From: Paragordius varius
Taxonomy: Eukaryota > Animalia > Nematomorpha
Assembly: GCA_964247055.1 (NCBI GenBank)
Contig: OZ176054.1
Coordinates: 8,990,001 to 9,054,000 of the forward strand
Reading direction: 5' to 3'
Length of the DNA stretch: 64,000 bases
Shown here: in pieces, positions 1-14,400 of the stretch
Layout of the letters: the number at the start of each line of letters is the position of its first letter
How positions within the stretch are numbered: the stretch's first letter is position 1
Made by a program: the position numbers and the translations under genes
Notes under the pieces: generated by a model
What the model saw: the letters and a program-made list of their open reading frames with translations, nothing else
Database searches by the model: none
What the model was told of the DNA's origin: nothing

Positions 1-25
1 ACGGGCCGCATGTTGAGGACCCCTG
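1..25. mobile_element. Right end of a hAT (Charlie/Buster-like) MITE within a PKA intron; truncated by the window start
   Basis: Reverse complement reads CAGGGGTCCTCAACATGCGGCCCG, the same terminal style as the elements at 4303 and 41456. Confidence 0.65.
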
Positions 26-81
26 ATTTATACTGCAGCGTGGATTTAAAATAAATAAATAGAAATTTACTTAAATTTTAG

Positions 82-2326
<2,245 letters not shown>

Positions 2327-2689
2327 TAATATATATTTTATTTTTTACATTAATTTATAATCACATTAATTAATTACATAGACACATATTAATATAAATA
2401 AATAGGTAATTACTCATTGAATACACCATGAAGTTATGTAAAAAAATTTTGTGTAAAAAAATTCTTTCGCTGCACTACATGAAGCGGATATAAAAACAAG
2501 TCTTCTGACTAGTGAAAATAAGTCTTGATGGTCGGTAAGATAAACTTCCGAAATTCTTAACATTTAAAATGAAAAAAATTAATGACCTTTACCCTAAGTT
2601 TTGACCTGGTCGGCGCAACCCTAGTTGCTACAAGTCGACGTCGACTTTTTGCAATATTGGTAATTAAGCTTCTTCACAAATTAAAGTTT

Positions 2690-3172
2690 TTTTACTCTTA
2701 AATTCTGTCAAAGGGCATTGGTTTCTTTTCGATTACTGTCCATCCACCTTATTTTTCTTCCGCCCATTTTGCGTGCACCGCTGACCTCTTCCAACATCAA
2801 AGTCTTTCCAGGGCTAGACCTTATAATATGGCCTAAAACAGATAGTTTGGTGCGGACGAGCATACCAAGCAATGACATACAGGTATTGATTTGGTTTAAA
2901 ATTGTTAGTTATTTTGTCGAGCCATTTTATTTGAAGAAGTTTTCTCCACACCCAGAGTTCAAAGAAATTTTTTATCCGTGAGTCGGATAGATTTAGAATG
3001 TCTCCTTTTCACCCGTAAATAAAAAAAGTTGCAAAAATAGTTGCATTGGCAAGCCGAATTTTCATTTTTAAACTGAATCACGGGATGTTCAATTATTATC
3101 GTCCCGGAAATTCAGAGATTGTGTAGTTTTTTACTATATCGATAGAGTGCTCGTTGATAGTTACAAACTGTG
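2690..3172 (-). mobile_element. Degenerate RTE-clade (BovB/RTE-like) non-LTR retrotransposon fragment, RT C-terminal region
   Basis: Minus-strand peptides FELWVWRKLLQIKWLDKITN and KLSVLGHIIRSSPGKTLMLEEVSGARKMGGRKIRWMDS match the RTE C-terminal pattern (FELWCWRR...W; FGHIMR...KTxMLG...G.RKRGR...RWMD). Interrupted by stops and frameshifts. Confidence 0.8.
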
Positions 3173-4302
3173 TAAAATAATAAATTACAAAAATATTTAG
3201 ATAAACGACCCAAAGTTATAAATTATTTTTGTAATATAACAGAGAAAAACTTTGACGAATAAACACCGAAAAATTCAAATGAATTTTAGAGGCATTTTGA
3301 CATATTTTGAAGATTAAAAACTCAAACGAATACCAACTTATAATAAAAAACATTTTAAAATTATATATGGTAAAAATAAACCTATAAAATTAAAAAAAAA
3401 ATTGGACCCTTAATTTCACACACTAAGATAAATAATTGGGGAACGAACCCATCATTTGACAATGATTTTTATTCGTTTACAAATGCGCCAACCATAGTAA
3501 TGCCATTTTTAGTGATGGCGCCCTCTTCTGCAAAAATACTCTTTAAAAACAAAGCGCCGAAAATAGTGCTTCGAAAGAATTTTCCGGAATCGGGAAGAAC
3601 CGTAAATTAAATAATCTATATTATCTTTTCATTGAATGCAATCAGAATGGAGCATGTCCTATGTGTGGAGCTGACCCGCTATAAAATGTTTTCTCAATGT
3701 TATTTTACGAAAATGTATGATACTATGTGTAATCGAAAATGACTTTAGATATTTTCCTTATTTAAGTTTATAGTTGTTCTTAAAATTAGCCTTTGAGCAG
3801 CCCAGTAGGTCAAATACGCTTCCACATAGTATTTTGCCTTTAAAATCGTCACGAAAAGGTAAAGGACTTTTTTTCAATAATGGCGGATTAATTTTTCCAT
3901 ATGTGCCGATGGTTAGATTTCATTAGCTCCGAAGTATATCATACCTCTTATTTTAGAAGTTGTGTGTATAAGAATTTTATTAAAAAATTAATGAATGTTT
4001 TGATATTGACTGATAATGTATTTCGGGAACGGTTTTAGATAGTTGTTAAAAACATTTGGTTATTAAATTTTGTTTTAAAATATATTTTCTGCACATTAGC
4101 GTTATGATGATAAACGTTAACTAAAATAAAGAGAAATTGATCTGAACAAAGTATGTTTTATTAATGGTAATCATAGGCTGGTGTCTATTAACACTCATTA
4201 GGACACAACTATCTGACTTGATTTCTCATATTAATTAAGCATATCTGTTCGTATGATAGAGAAATTGGTAATATGATTAATTCAAACAGGATTACTCTAG
4301 CT

Positions 4303-6724
4303 CAGTGATAGTCAAACCGCGGCCCGCGGGCCGCATGTGGCCCTAAGAGTGCTTTAAAATTGCCCTATGACCATATTGCTTAATTATTTTATTGAATTTT
4401 TAAAATACAAATAACGAATTTTCGATTATTTTAATATTAATTTATTTTCTTTGGTAGTTGGTAATTTTTATTTTTTACCGAATTTAAAAATGCACAAAAA
4501 TTTCCCTACATTAAAATGATTTCATAATTTTGGCACACGTTGTTTCTGTTTCTGTTCTATTTTCTTTCCCATTTTGAAATTTTTATTGCATTCCTTTTTT
4601 GTATTTAAGCAAGCCTTTCACCCAAACTTGAATATACTATTCTTTTCATTGCTATCCTGCATCATTTTAATAAATCATTCCCATAAATTATTTTTATCAA
4701 CATCATTAAATTTTGACCTGTTTTTTTAAATTCAAATTATATTCCCATTTTGATAAAATTTACATAAGAATCAAACATAAATTCAAGTGATGGCATCTAA
4801 TGCTAAAAAACTTAAATTATCCGATGAAAATCACTCCTTTAAAAATGAATAAGAGGAAAAAAATTTTGCAGTTTTAAATAAAAAAGTTTTATTTGCCTTA
4901 TATGTAAGGACAACATAATTACAAAAAATACAATAATGAAAGACATTACAATCCATCATTCTCATAAACTACCATAAATTATGAGGAAAGAAACGAAAAA
5001 TATGTAAAGATTAAGGAATTATACCAGAAAGAAAATATTATATCAGCTTTCGCCCAGGAAAAATCTGTAACAATAGCTTCGTATGAAATTTGCTATATTT
5101 TAGATAAATATGAAACCGTTTACTGATTCCCATTTAATAGAAGAACTAATAAAATTGCACTTTTATTTGATAATTTCCATAATAAAGATCAAATCATGAG
5201 ACAAATTAAAAAACCCCAACTTTCTGATTCAAAATGTGCTCGATGCAATGAAGATACGTTTAATATATTTTATTATATTATTGGCTTTGAAAAACTGCAA
5301 ATATTTGAGTATTGCTATTGATTCTAGCACTGATATAAATTCAACACCTCAATGTGCGCTCTTCGTGAGATTTTCGCAACGACAACTTAATCAACGAGGA
5401 ATATTTAAAATTATTACCAATGTATAATACCACGAAAGGAAGAGGTTTTCTCGAAACAAATAGCAATTTTTTTGATAATATTGGAATATCTATAAAAAAA
5501 TTGGTTGCGATCTGCACAGATAGTTGTCCCTCTATGATTGGAATTAACAAAGGAACCCTCCTTTAAAAAACAAATATGTTTGCAAAATATTTTATCCTTT
5601 CACTGCTTTATTCATCAGCAATACTAGATTTTGCCTGTAAAAGATGAATCACTCAATTCAGTAATTAAAGCGGTTGTGGATATACTTAACCACATCCTTG
5701 GCAGATGATTCAACCGCCCTAAATTCAAAAAGCTTCTAAAGGATTTCCACAGTGAGTTTGTACACCGCTGTGAGATTGCTAAGCCTTAGCAAAATATTAT
5801 ATAGATTTTTTGTTTAAGACATGAATTTTTATTATTTATAATTTGGAGGTTAATAGTGACAAATGGTGGGTTTATTAGCCTGCCTTTGCATTACCTATAA
5901 ACTTAATTTTTTTAATACGATTCATCAAGGGAGCAAAAAATAACCAAATTTTCTAATCAAATATTTGCTTTTGAAGAAAAATAATAATATATAAACAAGA
6001 TTTCATAAATAAAACACTTAAAACGATTCATGAAGAAAATATGGAATTTACCGCGGAGATAATTAGACAATCATTTGGCATTTTAATCTAATAAAATTAA
6101 ATTCAGATATAAGAAATATTTAAAATTGCTTAAAACTCGTTGAAAATCCATGGCATATGGATCCCAATATTAGGCAAATTAATTTCGGTTTTGATCAGGC
6201 GCATATCATTGAAGGATTCGAGTTTGAAAATTCCAGTTTGGAGGCCATATTTAAGGAGAATCATAGCGAAGAAATATATGTAGGGTTTTGGTAAGATGTG
6301 CCAAATAAATATGAAAATATAAAAAAATGTGCTCAAGTTATCCTAACTGTTTTTCCCTCAACTTATACACGTGAGGCGGCATATTTAAAAATGAAGTATG
6401 TCAAGAGTTGATCAGAAAATCGTATAACCGATGATCATAGAGACGACGTATTAAGATTGGCTTGTCATGAGGCGAAACCAAATTTATCAAAAAATTTTGG
6501 TTAATATCAAAATAAATGTTGTTATCAAAATACTTTAATATTTTAAATGGTGCAAAACGAATTTTTAGCTGGAATAACATGCGATCCGCGAAAATTGTGG
6601 TGATATATAGTATAAACATGTGCATATGTGTCAAATAGCTATATTTGCCATTATAAGGTTCATGGTTTTCGAAAAAATAATATATTTTATTTGGCCGGTC
6701 AAATTTTTTTGGTGAGTACCACTG
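4303..6724 (+). mobile_element. Full-length but decayed hAT DNA transposon, Buster/SPIN (GTF2IRD2-like) type, 2,422 bp
   Basis: Identical 8-bp TSD CTCTAGCT at 4295-4302 and 6725-6732 (nnnTAnnn). Imperfect TIRs CAGTGATAGTCA / CAGTGGTACTCA. Subterminal GCGGCCCGCGGGCCGCATGTGGCCC. Confidence 0.93.
4790..6540 (+). pseudogene. hAT transposase pseudogene
   Basis: Recognisable blocks MASNAKKLKLSDENHSFKNE*EEK, YLSIAIDSSTDINSTPQCALFVRF, KLVAICTDSCPSMIG, FHCFIHQ and C-terminal VFPSTYTREAAYLKMKYVKS...RITDDH...LRLA. Many stops and frameshifts. Confidence 0.88.
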
Positions 6725-6908
6725 CTCTAGCTTGTATTTATGTACTAATTAATGCTCACAAGCACTATCTGCGATCACTGACGAATTGATATATACACCG
6801 CTACATTTTGTACATCAAACAGTGTTTTCAATGCACAGTTTTCGATTCTACAAAATCGCTGAAAGATGGAGATAACACTATACTAGTATTTAGATATGAT
6901 AATTTATT

Positions 6909-7228
6909 TTAAACATAATTTGTTAGCAAATAATTAATTGCAGCCTTTAAATCACCATTAAAGTGTTTGAGAATCTTTTCAGCATTTTTGGTGGTTATAT
7001 CAAATTCATTGATCTATATTAATGGTTTAAACTTACCAATACATCCGTTTTTCTTTTAATATTTAACTCTTTTTTATGAGGAGCATCTTTAAACAAATTA
7101 ATTGCCTAACATAAAGCAAAAAATACATTTTGGATATTAGCTGCATTAATTTCTTTATCTTCTGAATAATCTGTAACCTTTTCGAGATCTGCTCTACCGC
7201 TATCGTGCTTTTTTGTTTTTTCTTCCAT
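6909..7228 (-). CDS. HYPK: Huntingtin-interacting protein K (NatA-associated chaperone), 91 aa, 3 exons
   Basis: Exons 7228-7127, 7105-7037, 7013-6909 (introns 21 and 23 nt). Protein MEEKTKKHDSGRADLEKVTDYSEDKEI...AEKILKHFNGDLKAAINYL matches HYPK KHDSGAADLERVTDY and its C-terminal UBA-like helix. Confidence 0.93.
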
Positions 7229-7256
7229 GTGTTTGTGTGTATAAAATAATATACCG
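7229..7256. promoter_or_regulatory. Putative bidirectional promoter spacer HYPK/THOC5
   Basis: 28 bp between the HYPK ATG (7228, -) and the first candidate THOC5 ATG (7257, +). Confidence 0.5.
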
Positions 7257-9923
7257 ATGGTACGTTGTTTTTCAAATCTATAGGATATGCCCGATTTGGA
7301 ATTGGATAAAGCAAAACTTGTGGAAAAACTTGATGAATTTTATCAAAAAATAAATTGCATTGATGTTTTGGAAAACAATACAATTTCTCTAATTAATTTG
7401 AAAAGATTGAATCGTTTAATCCAAATTAGGTACCATTCATTTATATAATATTTTTGATGCAAAAATATTAAGGACAAAACAAATGATGTTAAAATCAATG
7501 TTGACAAAAATTATTTATTATTGCAAAATTTGCTGTACCAAGTTAATTACCTTAAACAAGAAGTTTGAAAAAAATATATTTTAGATTGATTTCTGTTTAA
7601 ACTACCCCAGTTGTCACGAGGAATTGGATATAATTCCATGGGACATATTTTTGGCTAAGAATATTGAATTTGGATCATCTGAAAAATTAATATCTGGTTT
7701 ATAAATTAATTTATATTATAAAGCCAATATCAAACTTTTGAACAAGGACGAAGACGAATTGTCAGCATTATACAATGTGACAACGGCTCGTTTAAAATGG
7801 GAGTTAATAGAAAGAAAAAGGTATAACTCGGAATAATTTATATGACGTAACATTTTACGGGTTGTTTATATTGGTTGAATTAACTTAATAAAATGTGCGA
7901 TTATTGTCACTAAAAAAACTAACTTTAATCGGTTTTTAGTTTAATGACTATTATTGGAGATCTTCAAAATTCCAAAGCTCAACTTTTATCGGCCAACAGT
8001 GATAAGTTAAAGAAAATACATTCAATAGTGCCAGCTCTTAAAAATGTTATGGAAGCATCTCTTCCTTTACAAGCACACTTTAATTTGGATATATCTAAAG
8101 TAACCTTCATTTATGCCTATTCTGCTTTTTATATATCAACATTACTTTATTATGGGTCAATATTTACAAACTTATAATTAATTCTTTTTAGTTTGAAAAT
8201 GTAATGAAGATAATCGACAGTCTCCCACTTCCCCTTATTAATTTATTTATCCAATTTAACACTTGGGTCCAACATAGCAAATCAAAAATTAACATTGTAC
8301 GGATTGAACATTACCAAGGTAATATCAATCGTAAATTGATTCGTTGAAATTATTTTTTAATTTTACTTTTTCATACCAAATTTATATAATAGACAATGTT
8401 AGTTTGTCCCAAAATGTGGATACTTTGGTTAATGAACTGTTAAACCAAAACTCTACTGACATATCTGATAATTTCGAAAGGCTCATCTTCTCAATCAAGT
8501 TTTTTCTCGTTTTTTTATATATTATAGAAATGAGTTGTCAGAATCACATACGCTTCAATTAAATATGGAATTCCAGGATTTAAATTATTTTTTAGTATCA
8601 AACATATATTATTTCCCCAAAATTAATCTAACCACTTTGAAAGTTGATTTGGAGCCTAAAGTGAGTTCGATTGAGAGTAATGATATTATGAAATCAATCG
8701 AATTTCAGCAGTTTAGCGATTGCCTATTAACGCAGTTGCTGTTAAGTAATTATTATTTTCTCTTGAATTTATTTCAAACAAGTTATAAAAACATTGACAA
8801 ATAACTTACAAAATTAAATATTTTATTCAATGTGATTTATTGAAAGCATCAATGCTTTGATAAAACCTATTTTATTTATAAGTGATTTATTATAATATAA
8901 TATCCGCATTTGTTTTTATAAGAATAGACCATTTTATAATAGCGATTATGGATATGACTTTATATTTATAGCGCTTTTAATGAAAGAATTACCATCTTTT
9001 AGTGTACGCTTTTTTCCTACCCATTGTATTTTGGGTTTTTTTTATTAATTTTATTTGTCATCCATTAATACTTTTTAACGCGTCAATATGTTACGGGTTT
9101 ATACCATTTTATTTAATTATCATTAACATAGGTTTTTAAACAAATTAAATATTTTGATTTATTTATTGTAAGTAATGATAAAAAAATATTTTTAGTGGGA
9201 AATTAAAAAAAGTAAAAAATAAAATTAATTAAACTCTTCAACATTTTTTAAAAATATCAACAGAATTAAATTTATGGTGTGTATTTAGAATCGATTCCCA
9301 TTTCACCCCCCACAACACAATGGTTAATGAAGTTGCAAATGATTTCAGACATTGGTGATTCAAATATCTCAAATTTAAACCATATGATACCCATGATATA
9401 TAATAAGGTTTTTTATGCAAGAATATTTTTTTAATTACTTCTTTTTTAATCAAACCTTACCAGATTTGAAATTAAAAGAAATATTATTTAATAATTATTT
9501 TTATTTGTAGATTGGGGTACCCATAAACACCCATATTACCGTTAATGATTTCCAAATATTATCTTCTCAATTGGTGTCATTTCAGGACTTTTCTCAAGGA
9601 CTGGATCAATTATTAACATACGTTCAACCTGCTGTACACTTATTATTATTGGTAAACTTTTTTTAAAATAGTTGCTAAAAACCTACTTAATTATTTATAA
9701 GGACACAATAAAAATGAACTTTGTACGACAAATGATATTTATATATTTATTAATCCTTTTTAAATAGTATAGTATATATCAAAATAAAAGTATATAAATT
9801 TTAAATGATATTAGTAATAAATTGCTAAAATTTTATAAAAAAATTATTAACTAATTTATATTAAATCACGGAATAATATTTAGGCTACCATTAATAATAT
9901 CTACTTATATATATATGTGGTTT

Positions 9924-9958
<35 letters not shown>

Positions 9959-11137
9959 GCCTCTCAAATTTGTTTGGAAATTTTTATATAAATGATTTAA
10001 ATTAGTAAATTACAAACATTTAAAGTAATTATTTTTTTGTATAATCAATAATCCCATTGATATAAATGTAAATGTTGGCTAAAAAATTTTCCGGAATATT
10101 GATAGGTTTTTCAAGAATAAATATTTTATTCCTCCATCAATGCGCGGATCCTATTCGATTCATTTTTTGAATAGTTCGCTGGTTTTTCCAATCTTATAAA
10201 TAAACTCTCTTTAAAAGGCTAGTAGTATACTTTAGATATCTTAAATTATCTTTTATTTAATTTTAGTTGATAATAGGGATAAATGAATAGTTATCAAGCG
10301 TTGTGTGAGCCTACAAATAATTGGACACATGAAAGCGCCTTATAGGATTGATTTATGACATTATAATTATTAAAATGTCCTATGAATTTTGGTTTTTTCC
10401 CAGTATTTGCCAGTAATTATCAAACCGATTTAATAAATACTGTTAAGACCAAATTTTTTTAATTTTTACCTAAAATAATTGTTGAATTATTATGTAAAAA
10501 TAATATATCTTAACTATAGATATTTGGATTGCGTCATATTTTGTCCAAACAAACCAATATCAACGAATTCAACTCCTTGTTCTCATTAATCAAAGGTGTA
10601 AATATACATATTGAATGTGATGTTTTACAATTTGTTTTGGAGTTTGTGTTGGTAATTAAAGATCAAGAATATACTCTCATTATAATGTTTCCGGTGTTCG
10701 AAAGCCTTGCCCATTTATTTTGTCATGATGAAACACCCAACAAATTGGTTAATGAACCCCCCTACCCGAAAATATCGATCAAATTTCATCAAACTCACCA
10801 TGATATTGAAACAAATCCTAACAATGAAATCACCTTCAATATTCATGATGTATCAAATAACTTAACGAATTTCGTCAATAATCTTAATATTGGTACACAA
10901 AACGGCATACAAAATCATTGTCATTTCATAAAACTTTTGCATGATTTGTTTTATGAAATCTTATTACCCCTTACTAATGACCCTAATCATGAGAAAATTA
11001 ATAATGATGATGATGATGGCAATGTTTTAAAAAGTGAATTTTTGTTTTTACAAAATCTTGATGTGAAAGTATATGAAGACATAATTTTTCTTTTCAAATT
11101 AGAAAATGAAATTACAAAAGATGTGTCTGAAAATTAA
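7257..11137 (+). CDS. THOC5: THO complex subunit 5 (FMIP); start at 7257 or 7287
   Basis: Exons give LKRLNRLIQIR, LLQNLLYQVNYLKQEIDFC, TARLKWELIERK, LKNVMEASLPLQ, LPLPLINLFIQ, WLMKL and ILSSQLVSF, colinear with human THOC5. The terminal exon is 10520-11137 (ORF 10529-11137). Boundaries around 8660-9300 and the last exon are less certain. Confidence 0.85.
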
Positions 11138-11494
11138 TAAATGTTTTATTCTTCTATCACTGTCTAGGTTTGATATAAAAAGGTTTAAACTTAGAAGAAA
11201 AGGCGGCCTTTCAAAAATGACAGCAATATAATTAGTACCTTGCTTTTTTTATTGTTAGAGGATTTGCATTTTTCGAATTTTTATATCCTCTTTGATATAT
11301 CTGAGTTTATTGTACTCTTTCACAGGTTTTTCATGTGCCAAAAAGACATAAAAATTAAAAAGATGATATTTTTTACCCACACATTATTTGCAATTTCGTA
11401 CATCAAATATTGTTATAAGATGCATTGGACCATACCATAATTTTTAATGTCTTTATTATTATTATATTTATTATAACTTTTTATTTTTAGACTA

Positions 11495-14400
11495 TTATTT
11501 GCATATATATAATGTGACATTTGTGCTACACAAAGCACACTCTACGTTACAACACCAATGGAATTTACAATTACAGCGCTGTTGGAGTGTAATAATTTTT
11601 GTTTTATAGCCTCGACCACAACATAAATTATAACATTCGGCTGGGTTCAGGAGTGGTTCAGCCATGTTTGAGACTTGTGTCGGCCCCTTTTCATTTTTAT
11701 AATTATTATTCATATTATTTTGCATAAATTGATGGTGTGATAACACATTATTATCCCCATCATTCAGGATACTATTATCATTTTTATTGTTATTGCCGCT
11801 AGTAGGATATGAGTTTTGTGGTACCATTTCATAGGATGTGGATGATGATAAGTGATACAGAGTTAAAAGTTCATTGAGACCTCCACCATGAAAGGCTACC
11901 ACGTCTTCCAACCCATTCAGATTATCTGGTAATTCCGTTCGAGTCCTTATGTTTGTTGTCGTCCCTTGAGATGTGAAAAGTTCATTGTTTCTTCGATACC
12001 TTTCTTTGTTTTTATTGAACAATGTTGAGCCTTCGTTTTCTTTATACCGTAGGGTTGAATCGGCCGTATACAATTGTTGATACACTAAACCACAAACACG
12101 TCCTTTTGTACCATTAAGGCCTAAGCGAATGTCTGTTTTACAAAAATCGGGGGATTGTTTAAGGAAAACCAATTCACCTAGCGCCAACTGTTTTGCATCA
12201 ATTGTACGTGCGTGTACACTCTTCTTTGTAACACGGTGAGCTGACTCAATGGTGTCTTTATCTTTTACTATTTGGAGACTATTTTGTTTGCGATTCAATT
12301 TAACCCGTTGTGCCGTATCATATTTATCTTTCAGGATTTGACCGATTTTGCGGAAAGGGGCATTTTGCAACCAACATGTTTTCATGGCGCAAGAGCCAGA
12401 AACACCCAGACAATTGCATAGGACAGAACTGGTATAATACACCGCCTATAGATGATAAAATATAAATGATATTCTTTATAATATACTTAAGATTTTATTA
12501 AAGTTTTAATATATAGACTATTAATCTCTAAAGAAATTCATTATAAATCTGTGAATGATAAAATTCACGGTAGATTAAAATGTAAATTGCCAGTAATAAA
12601 AATATATAATATCTTACTATATTTACAACATTTTTTAGTTTTTGCTGACCAAAATTTCTTCAAATTTAAAATGTGATATAAAATGCAGTTTTTAGAGATT
12701 ATATATATATATATATAGATAGGTACAATAAAATGTGGTAAATAACTACAGCATCACAAATAATTTAAATATAATACCCTACGTCCGACTTCATTATTGT
12801 GTAAATTCATTAGAGATTTGGCATATTTATTTCGTTTACGATTTTGTCCACCTTTAGAACCATAACCACGTAATCTTTGCCGCTTTGCTGTGTATGAATC
12901 ATTTGTCGTATAATGATAATCACTGTTACCATTATAAAATGGATTGTTAGGGTGATTGAAGCGTTGAACATGCTGAAATTGGCGATCAAACAGTTTTTGA
13001 CCAATTTCACGCTCCCTTATATCTATGAATTCTTTGGCGAATTTGTATCCGTATTTAAGGTTATCTCCACACCCATCCCATTTCCAAGTTGATTCAAGGT
13101 TTCTGGGCCGTTTAACTTGGGCACAGCCACAACTAGATAGAATGCCTTGTCGACAAAGTCTACTGATGGCATGTACGACTCCAGCGCTATTGATGGCATG
13201 CGTGAAGGCAGTTTCTCGACTTGCTAAAAACATGGAAATAATGCAAAATTACATTTTTTTTCAAGTCCAAAGATATAACTTTTAGGGAAATTATTAACTG
13301 ATTTCATCCAAATTATTTTTAGAAATCTGCCCAAATAATATCCATATATGGATACCTCTGCTCATTGTTTTTTTTTAAATACATTTAAATTAAAAGTTAA
13401 ATACTTTTATTAAAAACAAAGACGTTTTGCCAATTATATAATGTTAAAAACAGCATGTTTTAAGTGTTGATGTGAAAGTCACCAATTTTGTTTTTAATAT
13501 TAATAAAGATGGGACAGCTTTGATCTTAATATTTAAGTATATAAGAACAGTGAATACCCAAAATAAAAAATTATTCTTAAGCCATTTATTACTATAATCA
13601 CAACAAATTACATCAGAATTTACATTTAGTAAATAATTTAATTATAGATTCTGAATTTTTAATGTAAAAATATTTATTTAGCAAGCCAAAACATAATAAA
13701 TTTATTAATGTCCCTCAACGTCGAAATATAGTAAATGGTAAAAAACTACTAATTGCTTAAAACCAATAAAATTAATAAGCATAGTAGGGTGAAAGTGCTG
13801 AAAGCATATTTTATAATATAAACTTTTAAATGTTAAGACTAAAGGATATGTCGCTGACAATATGTCAGGAACAAAGTTGGATATATAAGAAATCGATGTG
13901 AAAACACAACAAATCATAGTTAGATCCAAATGATAAGTGCAAACAAGCAGAAACTGGGATATGATTTCTATGGGTCAAATGTACATATTTATAAGTTTTT
14001 CGTGTAATTTTAACTTAAGTTAAAATATCACAACGGATCAAAATCAAAATGCGTTGTATTAAATTTAATATTTTGATTAAAATGGGGTATTTTTTAGTGA
14101 AAAACAGTGAGCTTGACAAACATAATGCCTATGGCCGATTTTAGTATCCAACACCTTACAGTAAAAAATGAAATTAAACGGACAAAACGTTAAAGTAAGG
14201 GGGGATTTTTTTACAAAGACAACCATACTTTTTTAAACCTTAATTTATCCTATAAAAATCATTAAAAAATTGCTAAATACATAATTGATTGTACCAATAA
14301 ATTTATTTATATCATACTTTACAAATCGAAACAATGAGATATATATAAAAAATTACTTTTTGAAAAAAATATTTGTCTTTGTATATTTACGTTTTGTCCG

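Noticed and set aside
8783-8817. THOC5 ending here as a truncated protein
   Set aside because: Downstream exons (~9299-9407, 9511-9651, 10520-11137) carry further THOC5-like motifs in compatible phases.
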